This document shows, piece after piece, positions 50,376-64,000 of a stretch of DNA of 64,000 nt. The notes beneath the pieces were generated by a model. It did no database searches. It was not told the DNA's origin and was given only the letters and a program-made list of their open reading frames with translations. Origin of the DNA: Perkinsus chesapeaki ATCC PRA-425 (taxonomy: Eukaryota; Protista; Perkinsozoa); contig JAAPAO010000057.1 in NCBI GenBank assembly GCA_013115145.1, positions 35,373 to 99,372 of the forward strand, in the 5' to 3' direction. The translations under genes were made by a program, and so were the position numbers. Position 1 is the first letter of the stretch. The number at the start of each line of letters is the position of its first letter.

Positions 50376-51856
50376 GCCAGAGAAGCCTAAACCGTAGTGG
50401 TCGTGTGATACTATCTACCACTAGTAGCTGCTGCTCCTCTCTTTCAGTTTGCTATTGGATCGTACTACTGATCTACCTCCATTGGAGTCCCCTACTACTT
50501 GGCATTATATATATAGAGAGGATGATGTTAAGGAGATACGTACAGTATTGAATGATACTACTACTGGAGGATTGGCTTATGGGGTAAGTGTTGTTGTACG
50601 GTGAGTAGGTGAGAATGATGGTAGTAGGTGTATGGCCCTCCCGGAGTTGGTAAGACAACAGTACTTGAGAAAGCTATGGAGGAGACAGGCTATAAGTGTA
50701 TAGTCATCGATATGCAGCGGTATGTGTGATATGAACCGGTTTAATACTATATCTCATTACCATAGATACTGCCATTATAACATTGATGTTTTTATTGATG
50801 AGCTTAATAGAACAGATGTTGTTATTGGTAGAGATCCATTATCTATAGCATCATACTGTAAGTGTACTATAGTTGCCTAATGACCAGCTGCTATAGGATG
50901 CTCAGGTCAAACCACGGAACTTCCTTTAGTACTGCTACATGCTGATCTACTTCGCCGATCACGATGGCTTAATAACTCAGGTCGAGGGGAGGCCTTTCTT
51001 AGGTTAACAGCTTGATGGATGCCAAAACTGCTGCTGCTGCCATTGCGTTATACTTTAGTGACCTTCGTACAGCGTTGGGTGACAAAGGTGTGCCATTGAT
51101 AATGGAATCAGACACCCTTACTAAATTAGAGTTGTGTGATAAGTCCATAGTCATCGATGATCCTGATAGTAAGCCTGATACAACTCGATATCATAGCCAT
51201 AGAGCTCACCTTTACTTCACCTCAGCCTGCCTTCTTGCTGATTTGTACTCCAAGGCTATACCGTACTTTGATAAACTCTCACCAATCATTCATGGACGTC
51301 TTAGTCACTGGAAGGATGTCTGTGATGGTGGTGACCTGTCATCGGCCAGTCGTGTGGTAACATCGCCTTCAACTCGCTTTAAGTTTTATAAAGTTCTTCT
51401 ATAGGCAAATCACTGTTGGATGACATTCCTGGCTCATCCCTCTATAGTTGATATGAGAGATAAGGCTAGTCTGGATAACATGTTTTATATTAACGAGACA
51501 ATACGATATGTAAGTATCTAAAAAAAGGAAACTCCATCGTTCCCTCCTAGTTGGTGCAATTGCTTGGCGCGGAAGGCTCCTCACTGGAATGTGTTGGTCC
51601 ATGGGAGAGGTTGATAGAGAGTAACAAGCTGATAGGCATTCTGGTAGAGTGTGGTGTGCTAACTCTTCTACCGTCAACAAGAACAACAATACAAGATAAC
51701 GGCAACTTCGAGCTTATCATGTCATCCGGTGCAGTAAGTGCTGCTGCTGCTGCTGCTATTCTATCAAACAATGGGCATTTCTTATTTAGATGGCCCATGC
51801 ACTTCGTAATTGGTTGGAGAAGTCTCAACCAGATTTACATTGGACTGATGAATTGA
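50227..51856 (+). CDS. P-loop NTPase (AAA+/STAND-like) with probable mitochondrial transit peptide
   Basis: MPLASSSLICLKRSVASRSRASTRAV (R/S-rich, no acidic residues); VYGPPGVGKTTVL (Walker A); IVIDM. Confidence 0.55.
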
Positions 51857-52039
51857 GATATATCCGTCACTTACTTACACGTCAGAAGACCATTAGAGAT
51901 CCTCTACATCACTTACCTCAAATACCTGTTCGAGCAGCGGGATAGGTGCCAAAAGGGAAGAACATACGTTTCTGAACATGGTGTCATCATGTCGTGTGGG
52001 GGGGACCTGTCCTTCGCATAGTGTCGGTGTCTTTTGGTT

Positions 52040-54978
52040 ATGTCGGATGGTCTCCAAGCACCACCCGAGTCGGCTCCAGAAGGTCGACCGAAGCCTACCC
52101 GTCCTATTGTACAACTACCTGAGGTTGTTGTTAATAGAATAGCTGCCGGTGAGGTGGTGGCTAGACCAGTTAATGCTGTTAAGGAGCTTATAGAGAATAG
52201 TATTGATGCTGGTTCTACTAGGATACAGGTATATCTTTAACATAACTAAACCTGAATAGCATTGTGCTAGTAGGTGTTATTTAGTGCTAATGGAGCTATA
52301 ACAGTATCTGATAATGGCTGTGGAATACAAGTGGATGACCTACCGATATTGTGCAAGTAATTGTGCACAATTGTGCAGCAGTGTCAACGAGCATGCTTCC
52401 TGTCGATTATGGTACCCTTCCCTAGCAGCCCGGTTCTCTCTGGATTCATCACGAAAAAGGGCAGTTCAATGTATGTCTTACTTGTTGAGATACTAGTCGT
52501 TCTTCCTCAGACGCTTTACTACCTCTAAGCTTCGTTCATTTGATGATCTACAAAGCATAATGACACATGGTTTCCGTGGTGAGGCATTGGCATCTATATC
52601 ACATGTAGCAAGGCTTACTGTTACTACTATGACTGAGGTAAATTATGATGAAGATGAAAATGCTTATTATAGCATAATGATGCTAATGATGATGTTTTTA
52701 GGATGCCCAAATAGCATACAGGTGTGAGTACATCGATGGAGAGCCTGTTGCACCACCACAGCCTACTGCAGCAACCCCTGGGACTACCAGTAGCAACATC
52801 ATCCTACATATTATAGTAGATCTTATATTATTAGTTCATTTTACTGACCTCTTCCATAATCTACCAACACGTAGGAGGTCTCTAGCAAGCACACAGTCGG
52901 AAGAGTATGCTAGGATTGTTGATCTGGTAGTAGTTACCCGATCTGGTTAGATAACACTACCGAACCATTCCCTCTATAGGTATCTCGGTTCGCTGCCGAA
53001 TACTACACTATTGCATTTACATGTCGTAATGCTCGACATGGCTCGGCTGATGTATCAAGTCCTGGTAAGCTACTCCACAGTATTATTGTCCAATATATTG
53101 TGACCAGGTGAAGAAGCTGATCAAATGAAAGCCCTTCGCTTTGTGCTTGGTGACCGTATTGCCAAGGACCTTATTGAGTTGCCTGATACCGATATTGATA
53201 TCGGTACAGGAGCCTATACAGCATCAGTACGGGGATTCCTTACCCATGGCAACTCCGCTGCCTACTATAGAGGATCTCAGCGACATACAGTGTATTCAGG
53301 AGGTCTTCAACAAGGATAAATAACGTTGATACTAATTGCACTGCTGTTAGGCTCTACTGGTGGTTGGTGCACTATATTCATCAATGGTCGACTTGTTGAA
53401 TGTACACCACTTAGGAAGGCTATAGCCGATACCTATACAAGGTCGGGTTATTATCAGCATAATCAAAGGTAAATATGATCATCGTCAGATACCTACCTAA
53501 AGGGCAAAAGCCAGCTGCAGTGCATTTGTCTTTTAATATCCCAGGCCAGTGTGTTGACGTTAACGTTCATCCTACTAAAAAGGATGTTACCATAAGCCAT
53601 ATGGAATCACTTGTTGAAGAGCTACAGATATTACTTGATTCCACTTTAAAGGGTCATCATTACTCTAGGACCTATACTGTACCAACCAGTAGTAGACGAA
53701 GATCTGAAGGAGAACCAGTGGCATTGGGACATAGCACAACAACAACAACAACAAGACACAGGCCTGCCTCCTCATCATCATCTGCTAGTATGATTTCTGC
53801 TGCACCGGTTAGGGTTGATAGCACACAAGCCGCTCTAACTACCATGAATATGTATACTCAACCACAAGCTGATAATAGCCTCGATGCCCCCTTTGATGAG
53901 TGTACAGCCGCCGCATCGCACTGTGTGAATGCTAAAAGATTGCTGGAAAAAGCTTGGGGGGCTACTAGTGAACGTCTGACGGATTTACTGAGCCATAGTG
54001 TATGGGTTGGTCCATTGAATGAGAGTGATACTGAGGAATTAAGAATTCTTATTCAACATAAGAGAGGGCTATTCTTGATAGAGGGAGGACCAGTGCTAAT
54101 GGAAGCTGCATATCAACAAGTAAAATTGGCTAAGGCGACATTAGATGTATGAGTCTGACTTTATAGATACTAAAAAGCTGGGGAAGCCCATCACTTGGCA
54201 AGGATGTGTCGTCATCATCTTTACAGTTGAATCTAGATGCTATATTAGTGGATAGGTTATCATTAGAACCATCTAAAGCACGAGTCATAGCTAATAGAAT
54301 AACATCACCACAGATACTATCACTCATAGCTGAGGTGGGGCTTGTACTTGATACCGACAATGAAGCTGGAATAGTAAGGGGGCGGTGGGCTCTCAGACAT
54401 TATACAGAGAATCTTAATCCAGTATAACGTCATTTGTATGAAACGCTTGAAAACTAGATCTTTAGAGAGACTGAGAATAATGTCGACTAGTGGAGGGTTT
54501 AATGAATACAAAGCATCATCAATGAAGCTCTAGTTCTTTCCTGGATATTATACTAGATTTCTCAGATTATCCTTAAAGTGCCTGATGTACTGCTGCCTTA
54601 TTATGATAATAAGGTTCATATTGAGACAGCAGTTGCTCGGCTGTTAGTTCGGATATGGGCCCAGATACCCGAGGGGGAAGTTAACGATCCTCAAGTAGAA
54701 GCTATGGCTCGAATACTTGGAGTGTGGGCTGTGCAGGATAGTCTAAGACTCACTATAGGTTAGTTCCTTGCCAACTGTTGATCATTACCATTTTAGATAC
54801 CAGTAGTAACAATAATGTGCATCCACTACAGCAGTTATGGTTGAAGTATGTCTCTTATCCCGCACCATTCAAGGCCCCTACTAGATGGGAGGCGAGCGCT
54901 CATGAAACAACACTATCGCCCATTGTACGTAAATTAGTTGAATTAGATGACCTGTACAAAGTATTTGAGAGATGCTAG
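52040..54978 (+). CDS. MLH1: DNA mismatch repair protein MLH1
   Basis: [29 protein letters not shown]; DNGCGI; FTTSKL; [12 protein letters not shown]; DVNVHPTK; C-terminal LYKVFERC*. Confidence 0.97.
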
Positions 54979-54997
54979 ACTGCTATTCCAACCGCTG

Positions 54998-56179
54998 ATG
55001 GTCTCTCCGTTTCTCCTGTACGTCTGGTTTTTGTTACTATTGCGTACTACCATGTTTGAATACATCAAGTCTCACCACGCCAAAGTGATGTGCTTTAGAT
55101 TAGGTTAATGGCCCCTGGGGAACCATTCACCTTGTCATATTGTATGTCGCTCCACGCCGTCTGGTTCCCTGATAGGTTTTCAAAATGGTTACTATCCCCC
55201 AGTTCGCCATACGGTTTTGTGTGTCTATATTGCTATTGCTGGATATAAGTATGATGAGTATGTCTGCTGAGGAGTGGTGGAGAGTATCTAACTTGGATAA
55301 TGCCAAGTATACACAAAGCTATGACCCCAGTACAAAATTCCCTTACTAGGTCACTCGCTCTAATGTTCGATCGTGAAAGCCGCAGGTAGACTAAGTATTG
55401 TATGCTTGGTTATTCTGATAGGTCCCTTTAATAGGCATTTTATGTATCGTGAAGGGAATATAGCAAAGTCAGATTATCAGTTAGAGATGTTTTTTGAAGT
55501 AGCCAGATCACCATGGATAAGAACGATATGTGAAACGGGCTTCAATGCTGGACATAGTGCTGCGGTCAGAAACTCGCCACGCCACTTACTTATATGACGA
55601 TGAAGACAGGTGTTCCTCATTGCCAATCCATCGGCGAGATTGATCACTTTTGACCTTGGCCAGTTTGAGTACACCATGCATAACCTTCGTCTGGCTGCAG
55701 AACTCTTCCCTGATAGGTCCGTTACGAAGGACGACAGAACGTTTATGTCGGTGATAGGTTCGAATATGTCCTGGGTGATAGTTACTACTCATTACCAGAC
55801 ATTATCAACAAGTATCCCGATCTTCGATGTGACCTTGTATTTGTGGATGGTAGCCATACATCCGAGGGAGCATATAATGATATTAAGAACTTCCATAAGT
55901 GAGCTTATGCCGCCAGCAAATACAGTATATATCCTTATATAGGATAGCCAGCTGTCGTAACTGGTTATTAGCTGATGATACTGGCTTTAAGGAAGTTAAT
56001 ACAGCATGGCAAAGAGCAAAGGATGAAGGGTAGGGGTATCGTTATTATTGCTTTAGATGAATGACTTGTCGAAGGCATATTCGTTTTATAGTTTGGTTAT
56101 ACAATACACCTGTCTTGTTGATCTCGAGCCTACATCACATTGGCAATACCTTCAGAAGCCAGAGAATCGCAGCTGGTAA
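54998..56179 (+). CDS. Class I SAM-dependent methyltransferase (Methyltransf_24-like) with N-terminal hydrophobic segment
   Basis: ICETGFNAGHSA; LITFDLG; CDLVFVDGSH. Confidence 0.8.
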
Positions 56180-56501
56180 CGGCGAGACTCGATGGTCGCT
56201 GAGCAGCAGCAGCAGCAGCCTGAGTCATGTTATTTAGGTGCCTTGGCTTTTTTAATGTTACACACCGTGATGGTTCAGACTGTCCAACATGGTTCCCACC
56301 AGAGAGGAACCCCTATAAGAGTGTCACTAAGCTTGATATACTATAAAGTGTTAATCGATGAGGGATTTCAACATGTACATAGTGATGAGCCTTTATTCAC
56401 TAATAGTTGTGTTGTGGAACTAAACAGTATTGAATATTACTCTACTACTACTAACTAGTGTGACCGCCGCTGTTATTTGTGCGATATTCCCTGGCCTTAC
56501 C

Positions 56502-56838
56502 ATGAAGATTAAGGTTAAGAAGATATATGCTGTAGCTGCTTGGCGATGGAAGACCACAGAGGTATATTACCTATAGGCTTTCATACTAGGACCTGTTCTA
56601 TCAGGAGGATTGTGCTATATGTTGTCAACCGTTTGATGCTACCTGTGGTGAATGTAAAATACCTGGAGATAATTGTCCACCAGTTTGGGGAGAGTGTGGA
56701 CATCATTTTCATGTACATTGTATATCACGGTAAGATATATTGATGAGTAATAATTCTATCAATGGTCTTAGATGGATCAATGACCAGAAGCCATGTCCTA
56801 TGTGCCGTAGAGAATTCAAACCAGTTGCTAAGCAATGA
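56502..56838 (+). CDS. APC11: Anaphase-promoting complex subunit 11 (RING-H2); missed by the ORF track
   Basis: MKIKVKKIYAVAAWRWKTTE|EDCAICCQPFDATCGECKIPGDNCPPVWGECGHHFHVHCISR|WINDQKPCPMCRREF. Confidence 0.92.
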
Positions 56839-56922
56839 TCTCTAATTCCCGCTTTGGTTGTCTTCCTATCGGGTATAGGCCACTCCAATGCTCCTAAGTT
56901 TTTGTCTTTCTTGCATGAAGTT

Positions 56923-59900
56923 ATGTCATCAGCGTCAACAGTGAAGATACGGCAAGTCCTCAACGGTGCTTTGCGGAGTGCTGGTGTTATTAGCCAGACC
57001 ATCGCCGGTACAGCAGCGTCAACAGGTGCAAGGCATGCCGGTGAGTTATTCATTGTGTTCAGAGCTTATGTTCGTTCCCTTGTCAGGTAAGGTATTCCCT
57101 ACTACCTTTCCTCGACCTAGCCCTCTGAACCCTAGTGATGATCCATGGTCATTTATGCAAGTTCCTGATCCAACTGTCTCACCACCAACTCAAAGCGTTA
57201 TTGATGCTGAGAACGATTTGGCTGATATGTAAGTTACATAATGTAACTACCCTAATAATACGCATGGTAATTTAATACTAAGAGCAGTACTTTAGGTACT
57301 TTGCCGATCCCCAAGGGCTTGCTTATGAGAAGATACTATTCGATGAAGCTTCTGATATGTTAGTACCAGAAGGCACATCATCACCTGAAGAGGATAAAGG
57401 TAGCTCTACACTGTATTTACCTGTAGCTCTACACTGTATTCACCTGTATTAACCTGTAGCTCTACACCGTATTTACCTGTATTTACCTGTAGCTCTACAC
57501 CGTATTTACCTGTATTTACCTGTAGCTCTACACCGTATTTACCTGTATTTACCTGTATNNNNNNNNNNNNNNNNNNNNNNNNNNNNNNNNNNNNNNNNNN
57601 NNNNNNNNNNNNNNNNNNNNNNNNNNNNNNNNNNNNNNNNNNNNNNNNNNNNNNNNNGCTCTACACTGTATTTANNNNNNNNNNNNNNNNNNNNNNNNNN
57701 NNNNNNNNNNNNNNNNNNNNNNNNNNNNNNNNNNNNNNNNNNNNNNNNNNNNNNNNNNNNNNNNNNNNNNNNNTCACTGTATTTACCTGTAGCTCTACAC
57801 CGTATTTACCTGTATTTACCTGTAGCTCTACACTGTATTTACCTGTAGCTCTACACTGTATTTACCTGTATTTACCTGTAGCTCTACACTGTATTTACCT
57901 GTAGCTCTACACTGTATTTACCTGTAGCTCTACACTGATTTAGGTTATCTTTATTTCCAAAGGATGGTTGGGTCTGATGATAATGCTACAACTCAAGAGG
58001 AGGTCAATGAGGATCGTTTACAGTTCCTTCGATTTTGTCGTGTACCTGCATCTGTCGCTGGTGCTGGGGCCCATGCTGCGGATGAGGAGGTTGTACTGTG
58101 TACTAGAGAGTTAGTCCAAGAACGTGGACAAGGGATGTAAGGACCTCAACATCTTGCAGCAAGCATTATTATGGTCTATCAGGTATGTAGAAGTAGTTGC
58201 CGTAAAGTTGGCACCATCGAACTCCCTTGTTGGTGTTGTTGTTGACTTTACTGGTGATGAACGTTTCGAACTTATCTTCCGTCATGTACCAGGTGGAAGC
58301 CGTACACCTTATCCCGAAGTGAGACAAGCAGCGGCAGCAGCACCGCCATATAATGTGAGATATGTTATCAGATACCACTAGTTAGGAACTTTGAATGGGT
58401 GGATAAAGTAACCTATATACCTGGTAAGGAAATGCTATATTATACTGAGCTTGATCCTGATACACTACGGACATGGAGGGTCGTTAGAAGGACCATTGAT
58501 GGCAGTGTTAATGAGGTAAGGGACACTATCTGACTGGCGGCGATGCTGCAAGTTGCCTACCATGAGCTCCTGTGTAGGTTGTGTTTGAGAGCACTGACCC
58601 TGCGGAGTATGTTGATGTGTTTAAGAGTAAGGACGGTAAAGTTATATTTATGTCCGCTGTTACTAAAACAACATCAAGAGTATGTGTTATATCAAGTGAC
58701 TCAGAGCATGGTATACCTCAAGCAGTAAAGGCTCCTATACCTGGTGTAGAATACTATTGTGAGCATAGATGGGGTTATATATATGCAGTATCTAATGAGA
58801 CTAATCCTGACTTTGCTGTATATAGAGCTAGCCTGGCTGATATAATGAATGGTGTTGGTGATGATGCTGCATGGGAGCACTTTCATACACCTGATGAGAT
58901 GTCTATAACTGATATTGATATGTTTGATAGATGCCTGATGCTATATGGTTGGGGGATGGAAGGAGAGCCTGCTGTAGAGGTAGGGAGCTCAGATAAGGAG
59001 TTATTCGATGATAAGATGGTAGAATATAGGCTTCATTAGGCTGTACATTTCGAGGATACCCAATGTGGCACACCAGACCATGTTAAGAAGGATAAGCCTA
59101 CTGCATTTGTCCCATTGGTGCACTTAATGCAGCATCGTGCTAAGCATCATGTACGGTTTATTGTATACGCTTGTATTCATACTCATTACTCTCCAGGACC
59201 CGACAGATAAGGTTTTAGATTTGAGAGAAAAGCCACCACAAGAGACTGTAGAGGATATGTTCTCAAAGGTTATTTCTGGTGCACCTGATAATGCTGCTGA
59301 GAAGGAGGCTGCTCGGAAGTTAGCCGACTATGAGGCTATGAAAAGGAAGAACCCCGAGTCGGCAGCTGGTGAACAGGCTGTAGATGATGCACTGTCTGAG
59401 ACTATGGAGAAGGCACCAACAGCAGCACAGATAATTAACACTGAAGTTGACTTGCATCCAGATGTAGATGATGCCTTTCGTTTCCCATTCGTTGGCCGCT
59501 TCAAGGTGGGGGCGATTGAGCTTGGTAGGATACTAAAACATTATGAAGAAAGTAATCGTGGTTACGGTGACATTGTGGTCAGGTGTAAATGGTGATTTTT
59601 ATGCCAAGAGTTCGAGGCTTATATTCTCAACACCTGCTGTACCTGGTGTTGCATTAGATTATGATATGACTGAGTTTAAAATAAAGGCAACTAAAAGCAG
59701 AGAGTATCAATATAAAAGGGAACCTCAGATGACTGTTGAAAGGGTAGGCAACATCATCATCATAATTCTGGCACCACATCACACTCGCTGTTGGATAATA
59801 GGTAAGAATACCGTCGAGTGATGGTACTGCTGATGTACTCCTAACTCTAGCATCCCCTACAGGCAGCATGGGTCAACCAGCACCGACGTTTGTGCAAGTG

Positions 59901-60883
59901 TAAGAGTATCGTCGTATGTCATTATTCAAGCCCAGTCGTCGTCGTCGTCGTCGTCGATTCTTTCCCTATACTAGATACGGCGTTTATGGTACAGTGCTAG
60001 AAGCTGCTTGGCATCCAAGGACTATATCACTTGTATCTAGGGGGTGGAATGTGGCATGGGCACATGTTCGTGGTGGAGGGGAGAAAGGTGCAGCATGGCA
60101 TCAACAAGCTAAGTGAGTTGTTATTCTTCCTATCATCGCTCAACGAAAGGAGTCTTATCTTATGTTCAGGGGATCTGCCCGACATCGGTCTCTAACTGAT
60201 TTCGAGGACTGCCTACGATGGCTTGTCGCCAATGATGTCACTAGACCAGAACTGATGTGTGCAACAGCAGCATCAGCAGGAGGCTTGATATTAGCCGAAC
60301 ACTTAAATCTATGGGGGAATAGATGGATAGGTGGCGCTGCGGTAGATCCTTGAACCTTGTATTTATGAATGATAGTAGTTGTTGGTAGATACTTCGGGTT
60401 CCTTTTATTGACCCACTATCATGTATGCTGGATGATTCATTACCTTTAACTCAACATGAACGAGAGGAATGGGGTGATATCAGCCGTGATCCAGATGCTA
60501 TGGCAGCTATGAAGAGCTATGCTCCATATCATAATATTCTTGGTTAGTTTAACTTACAGTGCTCCATAGAATACCCTTGTCTAACTTTAGACCAATCAAC
60601 TATAACCTATCCTCCGATCTATTTAACATGTGCTGTTGACGATTCTAGAGTCCCTTATTGGGCCCCATTGAAATGGGCTGAAAGGCTGAGAACTGCAACT
60701 GATACAGATACCTTGGTTGTTAGAATACATAAGAGTGGAGAGGGTGGACACTTTGGCACAACTTCTGCCCCACAGAATTACGAGGAGACTTGCCGTGAAA
60801 TGAGTTTCATGTTTCGATCATTAGGGTTAGACTTGAAGCCTCTCAAGAAGCAACACAAAGCCAAACAACACGAGAGTGGTTAA
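56923..60883 (+). CDS. S9A oligopeptidase B / PREPL-like serine peptidase
   Basis: Beta-propeller exons; AHVRGGGEKG; AASAGG (Ser), DDSRVP (Asp), GGHFG (His); VPFIDPL..LPLTQHEREEWG. Confidence 0.92.
57400..57943 (+). repeat. Intronic minisatellite, 22/33-nt unit GTAGCTCTACAC(T/C)GTATTTACCT(GTATTTACCT), with two assembly gaps
   Basis: Tandem array visible; N runs at 57559-57657 and 57675-57773. Confidence 0.95.
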
Positions 60884-61800
60884 TAACGTTTCAGGAAGAA
60901 AGTGGTTGTTGCGTCAAGTGAATCTGTATAATGATATCAAGTATAATGGTCAATAATATATCCTTATCGACTAGAACCGACCCAGTATTCTACTTACTGT
61001 ATATACTTACATCCCGCGCCCATGATATCATCGATTAATGGAGCATCACCGTTAAGGATCGAACCCATTATTTTTAACTCCTCGGTTTAACTCCCATATG
61101 CGAATACGGCCGCAAGGGTTCGCCAAAGTCTCTAGAAAGTTTAAGCGCCTTGGCGATTCTACCTAGCCTAGCTGGTGGCAAATCGGTTAGACCCAGGCAG
61201 CCCGGTGGAGTAGCTCTATGGAGGTCGTAGTCGTCGGGGCGGAATTACAAGCTTCTTGAAATTCCATACTTCAGCCGGTGTACTTTTGATCCTCTCAATA
61301 GACATTATATCTTAAGCTGAACTCCAGGCAACAGATGCTATACGCCGTGGCACCGTGCTTGCCTCACTAGTTATTTGCCGATTATTCAACCTTTTGACCA
61401 ACGGTAAAAAGTGATATGTCCATACTAGAGCAATGATGACAATTTGCAAGGAAGAGAAAGTGGTGAAATTAGCAAGAGTAGCTGCACAATACTCGGTACT
61501 TTACTTCTCTCGCTGGGATAAAACATCTCTAAGTCTTTTGGGGGCAGATCGCGCACAGCTCTCAATCACCTCGGAAGGAATGCGAGACCCTGTCTGGAAA
61601 ATGGCGACCCCAGCTCCACCAGGGACTAGCTTTCCTAGGCCATACAGGTTCTGAACCGTGAATTCCCAGAACTTTCCCACTTTTGCGAGAATACAAATGT
61701 AAGACAAAGTTCATTTGTTCCCCACCTTAGAGAGGTTTTCCCTGATAACTGATGTCAGATTGATCTCTCTGCATGCGCGCAATGTTTGCGCTGCAAACAT
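60880..61800 (-). pseudogene. Coding-like remnant with frameshifts, unassigned
   Basis: MFAAQTLRAC..|FWEFTVQNLYGLGKLVPGG..; LTDLPPARLGRIAKALKLSRDF; the frames do not join cleanly. Confidence 0.3.
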
Positions 61801-63079
61801 CTATCAGCACAGTCATATGCACAAGTTAAACTTTACAGAGATGCTTTCACTTCCCATCAGTGAATGACAGTGTTAGTGGCTAATCGTAGTGCGGCCCGCA
61901 CTACGGGCCCTCTGTAACCGCATCGGGTCTCCTCTCAACTATCGCTTATACCGTTCTCATGCGCAACTCGTAAGCATTACGGAAGTTATTCAAGTGAAAT
62001 TATGCATACGTTGTGATACTGATGAGTGCTACTCTCAGGTGTGCCATGGGATAATCTGTATCCACTACGCTAATTAACATGTTTGATTTGATTTGACTCG
62101 TTACCTGTGAGCCCCATCTCTGCCAGATCTCAACGCGATAGCGCAGTTCTGACATCTGTGCACTTGAAGAACCTGCGATGTCTCTTCCTTATGTTCCTCG
62201 AATGTTCCACTAGGAAGCGCCAGCGGGACTCAAAAGGAGAGCGAATTGTACAATTGCCATCAATCGGTCCTTATTTAGGAATAAGCTTCGCAACACTATG
62301 CTAGGCTTATCTCTCCCGATTCGGGAGTCCCGAACACACGAACATGCTATTCGTTGAACCCTGATGTGAACGCAGCCGTTTCACAATATAAGCTTGTATG
62401 TTGTACGAGGAAATGGTTAAAGTAAATGGTTATCGACTTTGTTAGCGGAACAAACACCGGCGAGTGGAACCTCCGGGATTCACGAACACCACAACGGGAT
62501 TAGACCCGGTTTTAAACAAGTTTTATGCTCGCTGAGCCTCTCTAGCAGACTCATTGACAATATGCGTAGCTCTTTAAAAGGCTCTTCTAGTTAGAGACCA
62601 CGTACCCAGACCATTTATACCCATATCCGGCTATTTCGTTAGTTTCATCCTCAATAATTAAAGGTAACGTGGATAGGACTTGTGCGCGCACAGTTTTCCA
62701 GATAGTACCACCGCTGGAGGGCTGCTTTCCGCACATTGTGCGTTGCACAAAAGTTTCTTATAGGCACCTTCCCAAGCACCAGTCAGAAATTTAGTCTTTA
62801 TTCAATTCGTGTTTGATGTCACCATGGTGGTATTATAACTCTCGTTAATAACCTCAGAAGGACGTTCTTAGACTTTAAGGATTAGTTGGGGGTATAGAAA
62901 GTCGTTACACCCTTCAAAGGGTTATCGCTGGGCTCCATGAGAACTCTCAAGTTCAGCTATCTTATTGTCACGCAATAGCTGCTGTGCGCCACGTTTGCTA
63001 TTTTCCGCATCATTCAACTTAAAAGAACGACACTAACGGTCATGCTTGATAACTCCATATTGAACTTCAATAATTGAAA

Positions 63080-63920
63080 TAATGAACTAACAATAGATGT
63101 TGTCTAAAGTGAAGTTGTGTTCACTACAGAGCCTTGGTCATGGGACAACCAAGGTGCTCCCAAGGAGAGTGAGTGGAGTACATGTCTAGGAAACATAGTA
63201 ATAGTAGGGATAAGGAGGATTAGATAATTATCCCTAAATAAAAAAAGTATGAGCATTGGAAATGCATGATTAGGAAGCGCTTTGTTCCACGACCCCTTTA
63301 TTAAAGCTAGCATGATGCGTAGGACAATTGTGAAGTCTACAATGAGACTTCTACCGTAGAAGTCTCCTCTCATAGCACCGTCCCCTTGGAGCCATCCCTG
63401 GAGTACTCCCTGGAGTACTCAGCAAGCCTCATTCTGACACTGCGAGTCGATTCACTCTCTCCATTCTCGTCTGTCGAATTTCTCCCGAACCCTCCCGAAA
63501 CCCGAAAAAAAACTAAACTGTCTGACGAATGAGGTCTATGAAGAAAAGAGTCTTTCCAAAAGACTGACTCGTTCATTTCTTCATGGACCTCAATGACACT
63601 TAGAACGGCAAATACCTGGACATGATATAATGAACCTGACATTTCCCAGTAGCAGAGAAGATGATGTCCCGGCTTTCCTGTTCAACTTCTACTACTGTAT
63701 ACTGTATAGGGATGTGGATATCTCCGTTGAATGGGGAAAGCATTTCCAGGCAAGCATGACTCTCAGTCTGAGAGTATCAGAGCCACCTTCACAACACCCA
63801 ACTACAGCTCTGCGCAACTTCCTCATTCTGAACAACATTGACAGAGAAGAGAACGTGGACCCAGATATCACTGACGGAGGGGTCGAGTCTGAGGATGATG
63901 AATTCGACTGCTTCTTATGA
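63080..63920 (+). pseudogene. Decayed coding remnant with acidic C-terminus
   Basis: CEVYNETSTVEVSS..LILTLRVDS with in-frame stops, followed by ..DREENVDPDITDGGVESEDDEFDCFL*. Confidence 0.25.
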
Positions 63921-64000
63921 GAGAGCCTTAAATACTCCTACTCCCAGCGCTTGGGTCCGACCAACGAGGAGTCTCGTTGGAGAAAGTGTTGTGCTAACGC

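Noticed and set aside
56192-56458. 88-aa ORF with a poly-Q start
   Set aside because: It overlaps the likely 3' UTR of the methyltransferase gene and has no motif or clear splice support.
57400-57943. Repeat array as a CRISPR
   Set aside because: No unique spacers, eukaryotic intron context, and no cas genes.
60880-61750. DEDDy exonuclease-like reading (YSLDA) and overlapping convergent TAA stops
   Set aside because: The frames do not join and the ExoI/II motifs are not visible.

Overview
Eukaryotic, gene-dense genomic DNA with very short (~40-60 nt) spliceosomal introns. Gene content and style best fit a Perkinsus-like alveolate; this is inferred, not database-confirmed. The ORF track mostly shows exon fragments, so gene models were spliced by eye and their boundaries are approximate. 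Accessory zones (1-14 kb, 35.5-39 kb, 61-64 kb) hold two tandem ZNFX1-type genes (CCCH, SF1 helicase, NFX1 fingers, RING-like, RZ finger), decayed pseudogenes including a papain-family protease, and a small secreted Cys-rich protein. Core zones hold a receiver/pseudo-cyclase/coiled-coil protein, a TFIIF-alpha-like gene, an ERD2-like receptor, a triple-YjbQ protein, two mitochondrial carriers, a SHIPPO-repeat protein, an EF-hand PPP phosphatase, an EGF type-I membrane protein, V-ATPase B, THOC3, an ABCB6/HMT1-like transporter, a P-loop NTPase, MLH1, a methyltransferase, APC11 and an S9A oligopeptidase. The strongest leads are: (1) the ZNFX1 pair, with a gene-conversion tract, a frameshift, an RZ finger missing its conserved His, and shared upstream motifs; (2) a C/D-box snoRNA in the V-ATPase B intron with a 13-bp antisense match to U6 snRNA; (3) a fused YjbQ pseudo-trimer with complementary motif loss; (4) an intact receiver domain wired to a catalytically dead class III cyclase.
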